DNA of 64,000 nucleotides from Psilocybe cubensis (Eukaryota): NCBI GenBank assembly GCA_017499595.2, contig CM039000.1, positions 3,410,001 to 3,474,000 of the forward strand, read 5' to 3'. Shown piece by piece: positions 41,898 to 54,479 of this stretch (position 1 is its first letter; each line of letters starts with the position of its first letter). The notes under the pieces were generated by a model. It saw only the letters and a program-made list of their open reading frames with translations, ran no database searches and was not told where the DNA came from. The position numbers and the translations under genes were made by a program.

Positions 41898-43363
41898 ATG
41901 TTGCGCCTCGGTTTCGTCTTGATTGCGGTCCAAGCTGCCCTGGGACTCGGAGTTGGGGCACAAATAGTTGGAAACCTGACGCTTTTGTCGTATAACGTTG
42001 CGGGACTCCCAGGTACGCCGCATCCTCCAGTCTAGTACCGAAACGGACGTGGTTTTTCTCAAGACATCTCCATCTTTTCCCTCGTTCACCCCCTAATCGA
42101 ATCGGAGCAGAACTTCTATCCTCCGGAAACCCAGCTGTCAACACACCGTTAATTTCCCCGCGTCTGAAGTCATATAACATCATCAACGTACAGGAAGACT
42201 TCAACTACCACGCGGCACTGTATGCTTCTGACAACCACGCGTTCCGCACCCCGACCTCCGGAGGCGCGGGTATTGGGTCGGGGCTGAACACCCTCTCCGA
42301 CTTCCCGTACATTGACTTCGAGCGCGTCAAGTGGTCAGACTGCAACCTTAGCGGCGGGGACTGTATCACCCCAAAGGGATTCACATTTGCGCGTGTACGT
42401 GTAGCGGACGGCGCGTGGATTGACGTGTACAACATGCACACCGACGCGGGGTCCGAGAGCGGTGACATTGCAGCGCGCGCGAAGAACTTTGCGCAGGTAA
42501 CAGCGTATATTGCGACATGGTCGGCGGGCATGCCTGTGGTCGTCATGGGTGACACGAACGCGCGGTATACGCGCCCGGGCGACGGCGAGACGCTCCGCTC
42601 CTTTTTGGCCAGCACCGGTGCGGTAGATCTCTGGGTCTCGAAGGTCCGCGGCGGAAACCCACCTGCTGTTGGAACAGACGCGCTAGTATGTCCATTCCCG
42701 TTTGCGGTGGGCACGAAGCAGGAGGTTTTGGACGCGTGCGAGACGGTGGATAAGATTTTTGTGAGGCCGAGTGCAGCACTGACTTTCCCGGCGGCGACGT
42801 TTGCAAATGCGCACGACGTCTTTGTCGATGGAAAGGGTGCGCCGTTGAGCGACCATTATCCCATGTCGGGCACAGTAGCATGGAAGCTCTCGTCTTCTAT
42901 CCGTCTGGGCGATACGATTGGTGGTCCACACGGCACGGCGTTCAACGATATCCCATCGCTACTGAGCGGCGCCATCCCTAAGCTCACGTCCATCACTATC
43001 CGTGGGGCGAACAGAGTCGACGGGCTCGCTTACAGCGTGAAGTATCCCTCTGGATCTAGCTCAACCGCGTCGCATGGTGGTACTGGTGGCACTGCCAACA
43101 CTCTGTCGCTCCCCTCAGGGGAGCGAGTAGTGAAAGTGAAAGCATGCAGCGGAAAGTATAATAACACCACCAGGATTTTCTACCTCGAGTTGACGACGAA
43201 CACGGGCCGGACGATCTCAGCGGGCAAGACGACGAGTGATTGTTTGACGACGACTGTGCCGGTCGATGCAGGATCGCCAGGGTCTTGGGGGCTCGTTGCG
43301 TTCTGGGGTAGAGATGGAAATGAGGTGGACCGGATCGCGCCTATCTGGGGAGCCGCATACTGA
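41898..43363 (+). CDS. Secreted EEP (DNase I/sphingomyelinase-like) domain fused to a C-terminal jacalin-like lectin
   Basis: Signal peptide; one intron 42013-42110; SYNVAGLP, VQEDF, NMHTDAG, MGDTN, VDKIF, LSDHYP; jacalin GGPHGTAFND..HGGTGG..FWGRDGNEVDRIAPIW. Confidence 0.9.
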
Positions 43364-43651
43364 TAACTGTGTGATTACTATACCATCCTGATACCCATGG
43401 TCACATTTGTTTTCTTCCTGCAGCAGCGCAATTGGGCCGAATAGGAAGCCTCCAGAGGCCCGAATGACATAATGGTAACAAAAAAGTGCATTGAATATGC
43501 GTAAACTATATATTAAAGGGGTATATATAACCTATATCACCTAAAGTAAGAAGGATCGTAACAAGTGAGATGTCTAATAATAATACACTCTTGAAAAACC
43601 GGCGCTAAACTGAGTGGTGGAAAGGTGCGTACATAAAATATGCATTAGGGT

Positions 43652-44607
43652 TTAGTATGCGATATTGATGACTTTGTTTTCGTATTGGCTCCATTTGTTC
43701 AGTACTGCATCAGCGATGAAATGGGCCACATCTTTTCTCGAGACGGTGTAGCCTGTGATTTCCTCATCCGATGCCCTGTATCCCTTCTTCTTCGGATTCT
43801 CAGCCTCACATTCGCCGTCCGTCAGAAGTGCTGGTCGGATAACAAGAGCGCTCTTCAACGATCCAGGTGCGGGAAGGCCTTCTCGCTGCTTCCAATTAGC
43901 GCCCATTATCTCGTCACTGGGTTCCCCGTCATCTTTCGCGTTCCATTCCCAGCCGGCGCAGTGAAATAGGACGCGCTCGGAGCCTAGTTTGTCTTTGTGA
44001 GGGACTTCTAGGAAGTGTCCGTATAGGGGTTTCATTAGCACGGGTACCGCGGCATGGGACGATTTGGTGAGGCCTATGGATGAGATGGTGATTACGCGAG
44101 GTTGTGGCTCTGTTTTGGGCATGGTGACGAGAGCGTTCATGAGAGCTTGTGTCACTAGGTTTGCTGGTTTGATTATGAAGCCTTTGGTAAGTGAGAGGCT
44201 TGGTGTTCCACCTACGATGAATCAAAGAAATGGATAAATATAATGGGTTTCATAAATCAATGGGCCTTGGGAAGATATACGCACCAACTGTGCAGAGAAG
44301 AAGACCGACGTTGCCGAATTTTGTTGCTTCACTCCATGCGTTTTTGACATCATCTTCTACTAGAGCGTCGCCTTTGACGAGGCAAGCCTTCCCGGATTTG
44401 AAATATTTCTGAATCACTTCATCGTTGTCGAATGCTTTCGGTGAACGGAGCAGGAAAGTGACAGTAGCTCCAGCATCTGTTGATAAATGTTAATCAGTGA
44501 TCAATAGGAGACTTAAGCACTAGATGGCGCAACTCACCTAGGAAGCGTATACAGGAATAGTATCCAATGTTTCGAGAAGCTCCGATGGCGAGAACGTTGA
44601 GAGACAT
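43652..44607 (-). CDS. NAD(P)-binding Rossmann protein (atypical SDR, flavin reductase/BLVRB-like)
   Basis: LNVLAIGASRNIGY; LVKGDAL; ISSIG; PHKDKLGSER; VIRPALLTDG; TVSRKDVAHFI. Confidence 0.88.
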
Positions 44608-46638
44608 GCTGGAGATTAAGTACTTTGAATTAGGGCTGGATTGCTGAAGACGACTGAGGATCGAGTTGAATGGTCAAGAGAGGATTTGCAACTCGACCTT
44701 TATATATCAAATTCCTCCAGAAACACGTTCATATGACACTTCTAAGAACGGAAAGCCACGACGCCCGCCAATGGCGGTGATGCATTGACGCGACATACGC
44801 GCAACGTACCTGCGAGCCTGCGCTGCTAGTACACTTCACCTACACGGTCTCCACGCCAATCCTCAGACAAGTCCGAGCAGCGGAGACATCTGGGTATGCT
44901 TAAAATAGCCGTCATAGTCGGTGCCGACAGCTTGCCGCCCAATAAAAGTGCTGCGGAAGCTAAAAAACATATAAATGCTACATAAGCCAACCGTGATCCG
45001 CAGGTACACCAAGCACAGGATGAGCAGATTGCGTTTACTCATGATACATTTCACAGTCGCAAAAACGGATGACGCATCGTTACGGCACCAGCCAATCAAA
45101 CCGGGCTTTTATCACTATCAGTGTGGCTTTTGGTTATAGTACCTTGTGTCAGAAACGGAGACATGACCTTTCCGCGAACGTTGGCGTTCTTGAAATAAAG
45201 TGAGCAGCTAGCGTTCCACGACATATGTACCAGGTGTCCATTGACATCTATTTCCCGGACATTGTCCGAAGGCTCTGCTGCCCAGTTCGCATTTTTTTAA
45301 AAGAACGCTCAGGACACCACGCCAGTCAATGTCTTCATGGTTCAATTTCGTGTCTCTTCATTTCTTGCAGACAGATTGCTTCAGAAGTTCAACTTGTTAA
45401 CACCCCTTGCGCTTTATTTCGGATAGTTTCGGATAATGTCAGGGCCACTGGGAAAGCGCCCATTGGAACCTGTGGGTGTCAAAGCTTTGCGACACACTAT
45501 GAACATGTCATAGACGTAAACCAGAAGAATATCTTAACGTCAATGGGTAATTTCGGTGCGCCTGGGAATACGATAGCCTAACAACACCATGCCATTCTAA
45601 CTCCCCACATTTACTTACTGCTCATGCGAGCAGCGAAACAAGGTGAGTGATTGGTGTCCGTTGTTCATGTGGCGAACGGCTATGATCATTCTGTTTCAGC
45701 ACTCAGCTTCATATCCGACCATTCCGTCCACAACAAGATCACTGAAAAATTAATCGACTCCTTTCAGTTTTCAGATAACTCCGTTCGCCATTTGTCGTCA
45801 CCACCTCTATTCAACTATGGTGGAAGAAAGCATTGGATGGCGATAATGAAGCAACTACAAATACGAGTGATTATACAATACATCTATCTCCCTCCATTTG
45901 CTATAAGCATCCGCAGGATGTAATGGTACTACACCCAATATGGCAAGAGGATACCCATTTTGGGAAGCAGGCACAAGGGGAACGGGTTGGAGCCCATCGG
46001 GTAAAAAAAAAACACAAGACATCAATTCCCTGTTGTCCATTAGGAGAGAAAGAGCATGAGAAAAAACAGATACGTGCATTACAGCCGACATAAAAAGTTA
46101 AAACCTACAGTATTGAATGGACGCGCGAGAGAAAAAAAAAAAACAGAGTGGATACAGTGGAGTTATGCGGTATTGGGATGGATGGTTTGACAGTGAGAAT
46201 AAGTCAAGGATGAGAGTGGCCGATGAAGTCCCGAGTTGTGATCGATCTGAGAGAGCGGAAGGAATTGGAAAGTGTAGAGGCAGCTAAACAAAAAGGGTAA
46301 AAGAGCAAATCCTATACATGGTGCGAAAACAGGAGGAGAGGAAGGAAAAGATAAACGAACGAACGAATGAAAGAGAAGAAGAATTAAAAAGGCAAAAAAG
46401 ACCAACAACAAAAACAGTCCTCTTTTGGTCTTCCTGACGATAACGAACGATGCCAGCAACTACTTCGTGTACATTCGCAAAAATCTCAATATGTAGAGAA
46501 AAATACGAATTAAGTCGTAATGTAGAGCACACCCAAATTAAAAAAGCCCTGCAGAAGAAAAAAACAAAGAACAGGAAAAAAAAATACAACTTGAATAATA
46601 ATTTTTTTTCACGACTTTTAATTTTTTCAACCTAATAT

Positions 46639-47914
46639 TCAAGGAGAGCCAGTCGTGAGAAGCTCGTCGAAGAGGGATGCGGATGTCTCACTTTTGGTTG
46701 CGGTACTGGTGCTGGTGCTGGTGCTGTTGCTGCCGTTCGTGGCTGCAAGGTGCGGGTCGATCGCCTCTGCTGGCGCGGATCCGGAGCTCGAAGGTGTCGC
46801 GGTGGACGCTGGTGGCTGTGGCTGTTGTTGTTGTTGTTGCTGCTGCTGCTGCGCGGCGTCAGTGAACGTCGTCCTGAACGGCGTCGGCACGATGATAGAG
46901 CGGTGGAAGCGTGCGCGGAAGTCGTTGCCGGCCTGGTTGGGGTCGGTTGGCGGCGGAGGTCCGCCGGGGTGCGGGAAAGGGTGTGGGGGCGGCGGTGCTG
47001 ATGGGTCGTGGCTCATCTCGACGCCGTAAGGAGGTGGCATGGGAGGTGGTTGGCCACCGTTCTTCGCAACTTGCTCAGCATAGTGCATCCGGCGCTAATC
47101 AGAATGATGTGAACCAGTGAACGATTTCCTTTTACGACATGGACGGTTAAGTACTTACCTGATGATCCCAACGATCCCATGCCTCGGCAATGATGGGTTC
47201 CAGAGACGCCAGCTCCTCGTTGGACATACCCAATGTGCGCAGCAGATGCTGCTTAAGTAATGGCGCGCACGAAAAGGAGAGCAGTAGCGTGGACGCAAAC
47301 GTCTGGCCGCCTAAAGGGGGACCCTGGGGGAACGGCGGCTCGTGGTGCGGAATGGGCGGATGGGGCGCCTGCAGCTGCTGTTGCAGCTCTGGTGGCAGAA
47401 CCTGGTGATACTGGCCGTCAGCAGCAGCACGGTAATGTACCTCTTCCATGCCTGGCATGATATCGTTGCCCATATCGATGCCGAGCTCGCGCATCCGCCG
47501 CTGTTTCACCAGCTGCCGGTGCTTGCGCTGTCTTTCTCTCGCAGCCGCACGGACCCGATCTCGGCGCAGAATCTCCTCAGGCGTGAGCTCATGCCCCGCG
47601 TACTCCTGTGCGGACTGTGGCTGCTGCTGCTGTGGCTGCTGTGGCTGGATCTGCTGCGCCGCAGGCTGCTGCAGCTGTTGCTGGGCGGCGAGCGCGGCCT
47701 GGTGTTCCTGTAGTGCTACTGCAGCAAGGTGTTGGTTTTCAACGCCATAATACGAGCCAACAACGGCCATACCAGCATTCTTGCGGTCCCGCTCCCGCTT
47801 TCTGCGCTGCCTCTCCGCGGCCTTCTCGCGCTTGATCTTCTGGCTCTCTGTTTCTGACTCTCGCGGGCGACGGCGGGAGGTGCTGGGCGACTCGCTCTGC
47901 ATGCTCGCGTCCAT
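46639..47914 (-). CDS. Gln/Pro-rich protein with two basic helices; putative transcription regulator
   Basis: KIKREKAAERQRRKRERDR and RDRVRAAARERQRKHRQLVKQRR; polyQ tracts; intron 47095-47158 joins two ORFs in frame. Confidence 0.8.
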
Positions 47915-49073
47915 CAACTGGTGAAAAGTGGTTTTGTTTCTTTTTTGTTTTAGATTCTATTGGATCCCTTTGATTCCTCTCTACGCCTGCCGCCCTTTTA
48001 CAGATATTCTGTGTGCGACTGGCGTGATGCTTGTGTGACCTGCGCGACGGCTGAGGGGGTGGACAGTGACAATATCGTGACGAACAGTGACGGGAGGTTC
48101 AGGAGGTGGTGTCACAAGCAAAACAAAAAGCGTTGATAACAACCAGCTCCGTGAGAACAATTTCCCTTTTTAGAGATTTCCCCTCTTGCCCTTTTGTTCT
48201 CCGAAACTTTGCTCCATTCTTGTTTTCGTGGAATTAGAATGAAAGCGGACTTTGGGATCATATTTTAAGGTGCGCTGAAATAGACTTTAGGCATAGTACA
48301 TCTAATATGATACAAGCCAAATACATGGATATCTTTCTTCTGGAATCTATCTATTCGCAATACCACCAACAGAGTCAACATCTTGTACCTCAGGCTTCAA
48401 ATCTTGTCCCACCATTCTCACAAATGCTATTTCTAAGAGTCAAACAAGGAAGCTCTGTAAAGCATTACTGGAATACCTGGTCGGTTGACATTGACCCAAC
48501 ATCTCCAGAGTCATTCATCTATATCGGTGCTTGCAATTTGCCTCGTAGAGAAACAACATAATCTTTTTGCAGTCTTCGTCCAGGGTATGTGCATAAAGTG
48601 ATAACTAATAAGCGCAGAATCTTTTAGGTTACTTTTACTTTTGAATCTTCATTCTCAGTTTAGATGATAAAACACATATTGCATCATAAATCTGTGCGAC
48701 TGAACCCAGTTATTCCAATATCCATAACCGTTTTCGTCAGAAACCCTTGTGCAAACAAATTATGGTTCAGAAAACGGTTTGTTGAGTCGATGACAATATA
48801 TAGGCTGGATATATATGGAAATAAACTTTTACATGTTTTCTCCTCTATTCCCATGATTATATTGCACTTCAGTGAAAGGCTATCTTTCTTCAACATCCAC
48901 GATCAATGACTTTAACTGTAGTGATTGTTCGGATGGTAGATGTTGATAACAGTCATGAAAGCTCTTTAGGTAGGCTTTGCTGCGCATAGATCGGTATTAG
49001 CTCACTCGAAACATTTGACCTCGGAAATCGCCATGTAATCGAAGGTAAAGGGTGTGAAGGGTCTAATAGATTA

Positions 49074-49544
49074 ATCGGCCCTATCTCTTTCGCTAGTCTA
49101 TTGTCCTAGACACCCTTGCGCGTTTTTCACCGCAGAAACACCCAGCAGGATCCTGAAAACACCTCCATGAAATGCCAGAAAAATAAGCGCCCATCATGTA
49201 GACGATTGTGCAGCCCCAGGGGCCATATGTTGCCTGGGCACACTATTTTTAGTCGTCTGTCACTAAAGGCCAAGAAACCGGTGATTTCATTTTGCGCCTG
49301 ATTATCGGCCGGGCCACTAGTGGGTTACTGCATCCAGTTGCACGTTCCACGTATTCGCGTCCCAAGTTGGAGCACATCTCGCTATTTTCAGAGACATCGT
49401 TCAAAGTCACTGAGGAATGCTTCCACCGACGTTGGCCGGGCTATTTGTGTAGACCGCAAACCAGTCGCGCCGGACAGGGGAGAATGTGGAGAAAGAAAGA
49501 GAATCATGTGACAAGTGATCGGCCGAAAATTAAGCGATCGGCCG
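49074..49544 (+). promoter_or_regulatory. Four copies of ATCGGCC upstream of ILV2
   Basis: Copies start at 49074, 49304, 49518 and 49537; three extend to ATCGGCCG. Confidence 0.45.
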
Positions 49545-49701
49545 TTGTCTGTGAATAGGATATGGTCGAGTCAATTCTGGCCTTTTGCCTTGTTAAAAGT
49601 TTTAGCAACTTTCTCTTCTTGGAGTATTAGTTTCTTGCTCTCCTTGACTTCTCCTTCCCTTCCTTTCTCCTTCCTTGCCCACTCAAAGGCAATAAAACAA
49701 C

Positions 49702-52100
49702 ATGGCTCTGCCCGCCACAAGATCTTTCGCCGTGCCTGCAACGACCACTGCAGCAAAGGTCGTCCCAAAAGTAGCTGTTGCAGCTGCAGCCGTCGCTGTG
49801 CGATGCAAGTCGACGGTGTCCACATCCAGCCAGTCGTCCATCGTGGACGCAAAGTCAAGAGTAAGAGAGCACGTACGCAATATCAGCCGTTCCTCTTCAG
49901 CCAAGGCAACCCCTGCCCCCGCTGCGTAAGTTTTTTTTTGCACTCAACACCCCTCATGTTCGCTTGATTAAATGAACAAAAAGACGACCAACACCAGCCC
50001 CTGGATTCCAGCAAATTCCTACACCAAGTAATACAAGACTGCCTGCCTCGCATGTCTATCCTGGCCCTGCCCCCAACGCTCCTCTGGACCATACTTTTGT
50101 CGGCCTGTCAGGTGGTCAGATCTTCCATGAAATGATGCTTCGCCACGGTGTGAAGCAGATCTTCGGTTACCCCGGTGGTGCTATTCTTCCTGTCTTCGAT
50201 GCCATCTATCAGTCTCCCCACTTCGAGTTCGTCCTCCCCCGCCATGAGCAGGGTGCCGGACACATGGCGGAGGGCTACGCTCGTGTATCTGGCCTCCCCG
50301 GTGTCGTCCTCGTCACCTCTGGTCCCGGTGCAACAAATGTCATCACCCCTATGCAGGACGCTCTCTCGGACGGTATCCCCCTCGTCGTGTTCTCCGGTCA
50401 GGTAGCCACCTCCGCTATCGGATCGGATGCGTTCCAGGAAGCCGACATTGTGGGTATCTCACGCAGCTGCACAAAGTGGAATGTGATGGTCAAGACCATC
50501 GAGGAGCTGCCCAGACGCATCAACGAGGCATTCAAGATCGCCACCTCTGGCCGCCCCGGCCCCGTGTTGGTTGATCTTCCTAAAGACGTAACGGCTGGCA
50601 TCCTGCGCACCCCTCTGCCGTACAAGGCAACCACCCCTGGCATCAACCTGGGCCTTCCCATGAACCCCCTGCAGATGACCGAGACTCCCACCGACATGAG
50701 CCTCATCAGGCAGGCCGCGGACATGATCAACCGTGCCCAGAAGCCTGTTGTGTACGCCGGCAACGGTGTGCTCTCCTCGCCCATGGGCCCGAAACTCCTC
50801 GCGATGCTCGCAGAGAAGGGCAACATCCCCGTGTGCACGACGCTGCAGGGCCTCGGCGCGTTCGACGAGACGGACCCGAAGAGCTTGCACATGCTCGGTA
50901 TGCACGGCAGCGCGTACGCCAATCTCGCGATGCAGCAGGCGGACGTGATCATCGCGCTCGGCGCACGCTTCGACGATCGTGTGACGGGTAAAGTGGACTC
51001 GTTCGCACCTGCTGCGCGCGCGGCTGCTCTTACCGGCCACGGAGGCATCATCCACTTTGAAATCCAGCCGAAGAATGTGAACAAGGTTATCGAGGCGCAG
51101 ATCCCCGTCCTTGGCGATGTTGTCGCTAGCATGTCTGCTTTGGTGCCTTTGATCAAGTCGTCGCCTCGCCATGACTGGTTTGCGGATATCAAGAGCTGGA
51201 AGGAGAAGTATCCTTTCACGTATGTCAAGTCGGAGAAGGGCGAGAAGATGAAGCCTCAGGAGGTTGTTGAGGAGCTCGACAGACAGACTGCTGATCGCAA
51301 GGACGAGGTCATCATTGCCACCGGTGTCGGCCAGCATCAGATGTGGGCTGCTCAGCACTTCAGATGGAGGCACCCTAGGACGATGGTGACATCCGGAGGA
51401 CTTGGTGTATGTGCTCTTTTTGTCTTTTATATGCGCGTTTATGAGAGGCTGACGAGCTTGATTTCAGACTATGGGCTTCGGTCTGCCTTCGGCTATTGGT
51501 GCCAAGGTCGCTGCTCCTCAGAAGACTGTTGTGGATATCGACGGTGATGCCTCGTTCAGTATGACTGCTATGGAGCTCGCCACAGCCGCCCAATACAACA
51601 TCGGTGTCAAAGTCCTCATCTTCAACAACGAGTTCCAAGGAATGGTTCTGCAATGGCAAGGTACGTATACGCGCATACATGCATTTCCCGTTCATTCACT
51701 AGGATTTGGATTGGTGTTAATCAAATCTATATGGCAGACTTGTTCTACGACAAGCGATACTCGCATACGAAGATGACCAACCCTGACTTTGTCCGTTTGG
51801 CTGAGGCTATGGGTGTCCATGCGATCCGGTGCCACAGCGCTGAAGAGCTTCCTGCGAAGATGAAGGAGTTCCTCGAGTACGATGGATCGAAACCTGTGTT
51901 GATGGAGTGCTTGGTTGAGAGAGACGAGCACGTCTTCCCAATGGTTTGTTGCCTGTCACATATACTATCTATTTATAGCCGATTGACTGATTGTTTTGTT
52001 TTTTTGCTTGTTGTAGGTCCCTGCTGGCAAGGCGCTGCATGAGCAGATGTTGCACCCTTCTTTGAGAGCTGCGGAGGCTGCGAAGAAGGTGAAAGCTTAA
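49702..52100 (+). CDS. ILV2: Acetolactate synthase (AHAS) catalytic subunit, mitochondrial
   Basis: Presequence; [86 protein letters not shown] motif. Confidence 0.98.
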
Positions 52101-52119
52101 AAGAGCTAAAAATGAAGTG

Positions 52120-53000
52120 AAACGAGGGATTTAAAAAAAAACGAAAACGAAATCGAAATGGACACGTCGCTGAAAAATTTTCTTTTTATCGTCGCATACT
52201 TACTTACTCTGACTCATGGATTGGTCTTCTGCTTTTTTCCTCTCTACCTCTATCTCTCTCTCTGTGTCTACGTCCTTGCATCTGGTCCCCTTTTTTGTAT
52301 TATAAACGCACATTCTCACGTTCCACATTCCACATTCTCATATTCTCATATTCTCCCTCTCAGTCTGACAACCAATCCAACCCGCACAACCAATCAACCG
52401 CACGCACGCATCGATCTACGATTTCCAAGTTCCATTTTCTATTTTCTATTTTTCTAACTATCAGCATCTCATTTTCACTCCGCTTCCATCCCATCCCACT
52501 CATCATCTCATCTTCGTTTGTTTTCTATTACTCTTCCCTTTTTCCCTCTTCTTTTTTTCCATCTCTCTCTATTTCTCTCTCTCTCTCTCTGTCTATCTAC
52601 TCGCTCTAACGGCAGCATATCCTTTTCCGTCGTTTTTCTTTCTCTTTCCCTATCTCTTTCTCTTTCTCTTTCTGCTAGTATTACAAAAAAGATTTTTAGC
52701 GACGTGTACATACATACATATATAAATACGTATATAGGTCATAGTCGTTTGTATATCAAAAAAAGTCTCGCGTTGCGAGAACGCTTGTTTTTTTTCTTTG
52801 TCCTGTTCATGTTTATTCGTCCCGCACATACGTACATACGTTCATCTATCCATCTATCCATTGATTTATCTGTTTATTTCATCCAAGTTATTATGATTTT
52901 ATCGCCTATTCGTACACGGTCTGTTACTAACTTGCAACATGAGTCATAATTGACACACACATTCTTTTGATTTTGATTTTTGATTTGTTCATATTGTTCT
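52120..53000 (+). repeat. Low-complexity pyrimidine-rich tract with (CT)n, (TACA)n and poly-T runs downstream of ILV2
   Basis: e.g. TCTCTCTCTCTCTC near 52574-52590; CATACATACATATATA near 52708-52725. Confidence 0.7.
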
Positions 53001-53091
53001 ACTTGACTCTATCCAAAATTCTCGCCTTGTATTAAGTAACTTCGGTGGAGGTAGATGTGGTCAGGACTGTGGTTGATGCTGATTGTGCGGT

Positions 53092-53135
53092 ATATTACTT
53101 ATATATTAACGATATTACTTATATATTAACGATAT
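53092..53135. repeat. 20-bp tandem duplication ATATTACTTATATATTAACG x2 plus partial copy
   Basis: Direct read of 53092-53111 and 53112-53131. Confidence 0.9.
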
Positions 53136-54479
53136 GGTCTGAATTCGTTGACGTCTATTTGGTTCTCCGCAATTTCGACAGGTCCGCCCACTGAAGCTTG
53201 GACCTTCTGCACCTGTTAAGGCTTTGGTAGACTAACTTTTCCTTTGGCGTGAATTGAATATGCGAAAAGGCGGGCAAAAGCGAAGCGTTGCCTGACTTGT
53301 ACTATGTAATGACTATTGAATGATATATAGATTGTTTTTTTCCCTCGTTCTCGTTCTCGTTCTCATTCTCGTTTCCGTTTCCTTTGGTTTTTGTTTTCCT
53401 TTTCGTTTTTTGCGCTCGTTCCTGCTCGTTCGCACTTTTGGTGACGGAAGTGTACATCGTCCTTGTGAAGTAAAAGGTTCAATTTAATTTTCTGTTCGGC
53501 CTGTGGACAATGGACATGAGTCTCTGTTATGTCCAAGCGGGTTACGTTATAATACTTATATTGAAGGAAAGGCACGTTCTCAGGCTTTTGGATTTTTGGA
53601 GTCGAAATGAGAATAGGCGCCCGTCGGGAGCAAGAGCGACGGAGACAGTAGAACATTTCATATTCGAATGCCGGGGATATTGACAAGAAACACTGTAACT
53701 CTGGAACGAAATCGGGGAACGCGAAAGGTCTACTGCGATGCATAGCAAGGACGAGGCGACTGAAACCATACCATACAAGGAAGACTTGCTGATCACAGGG
53801 ATAGAGGAGGAGGAATGAGAGGTAGAAAGAGAAAGAGAGAGAACTAACACTCACATTGAAGGAGAGTCATTGTACGAGCACAGCGGGAGGGAGATAACCC
53901 GCTACGATCACTGGAGATGACGACGAAAATCGCTTGGGAAGGCTGGTCCTTGAGGTGGGATCGTGAGGGACCTCTGTGGTACAGAGTCGCATCGAGGAAA
54001 GTACAAACGCACAGGGGCATAGAAATGTAGTACCAAGCCGAGGGACATCCCACCGGGTGCTGAGTCAGAGGCTATAACATGAAACAAAGAAGGCGCCCGT
54101 CGTTGACTCGTCGGTTATTTTTCTTGGCAAAATATTCAACCAGTGGCACTGCCTGACACCGGGGCCACTTGGGAAAGTTGAGAACTTTAAGTTTACCAAC
54201 AAGTTGGTGGCCCGTTGAGCCGATTTGGTTGCAGTGTGCCTCCGGGTGGGCTAGACCTAATTTTCAAGACGAAAACGGTATGACTGATCTGTGTGTGTGT
54301 GTGTGGAAAAATCAACTTGTTGTTGTATGATTGTGCCTCGGCTAGCCTCCTGTGAGCTATAAAACGGGACTCATACCGAGAATTCTCTATCGTTCCACAC
54401 TATTTCTCCTTCCAACAGACAATTGGCGACACACTTGAGGCGTCTTAGGTGTTCAATTTTAAAAAACAAACGAGCCGCA

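Noticed and set aside
44850..46100. Short ORFs between the NAD(P)-binding gene and the Q-rich gene
   Set aside because: Many stops in all frames and no recognisable motif
48300..49000. AT-rich short ORFs upstream of ILV2
   Set aside because: No coherent gene model; possibly decayed sequence but unsupported
50398..51373. Long antisense ORFs (276 and 304 aa) over ILV2
   Set aside because: Shadow ORFs expected from GC-rich biased codon usage
41898..52100. ILV2 as a self-resistance gene of a secondary metabolite cluster
   Set aside because: No PKS, NRPS, terpene synthase or RiPP precursor in the window; it looks like the housekeeping copy
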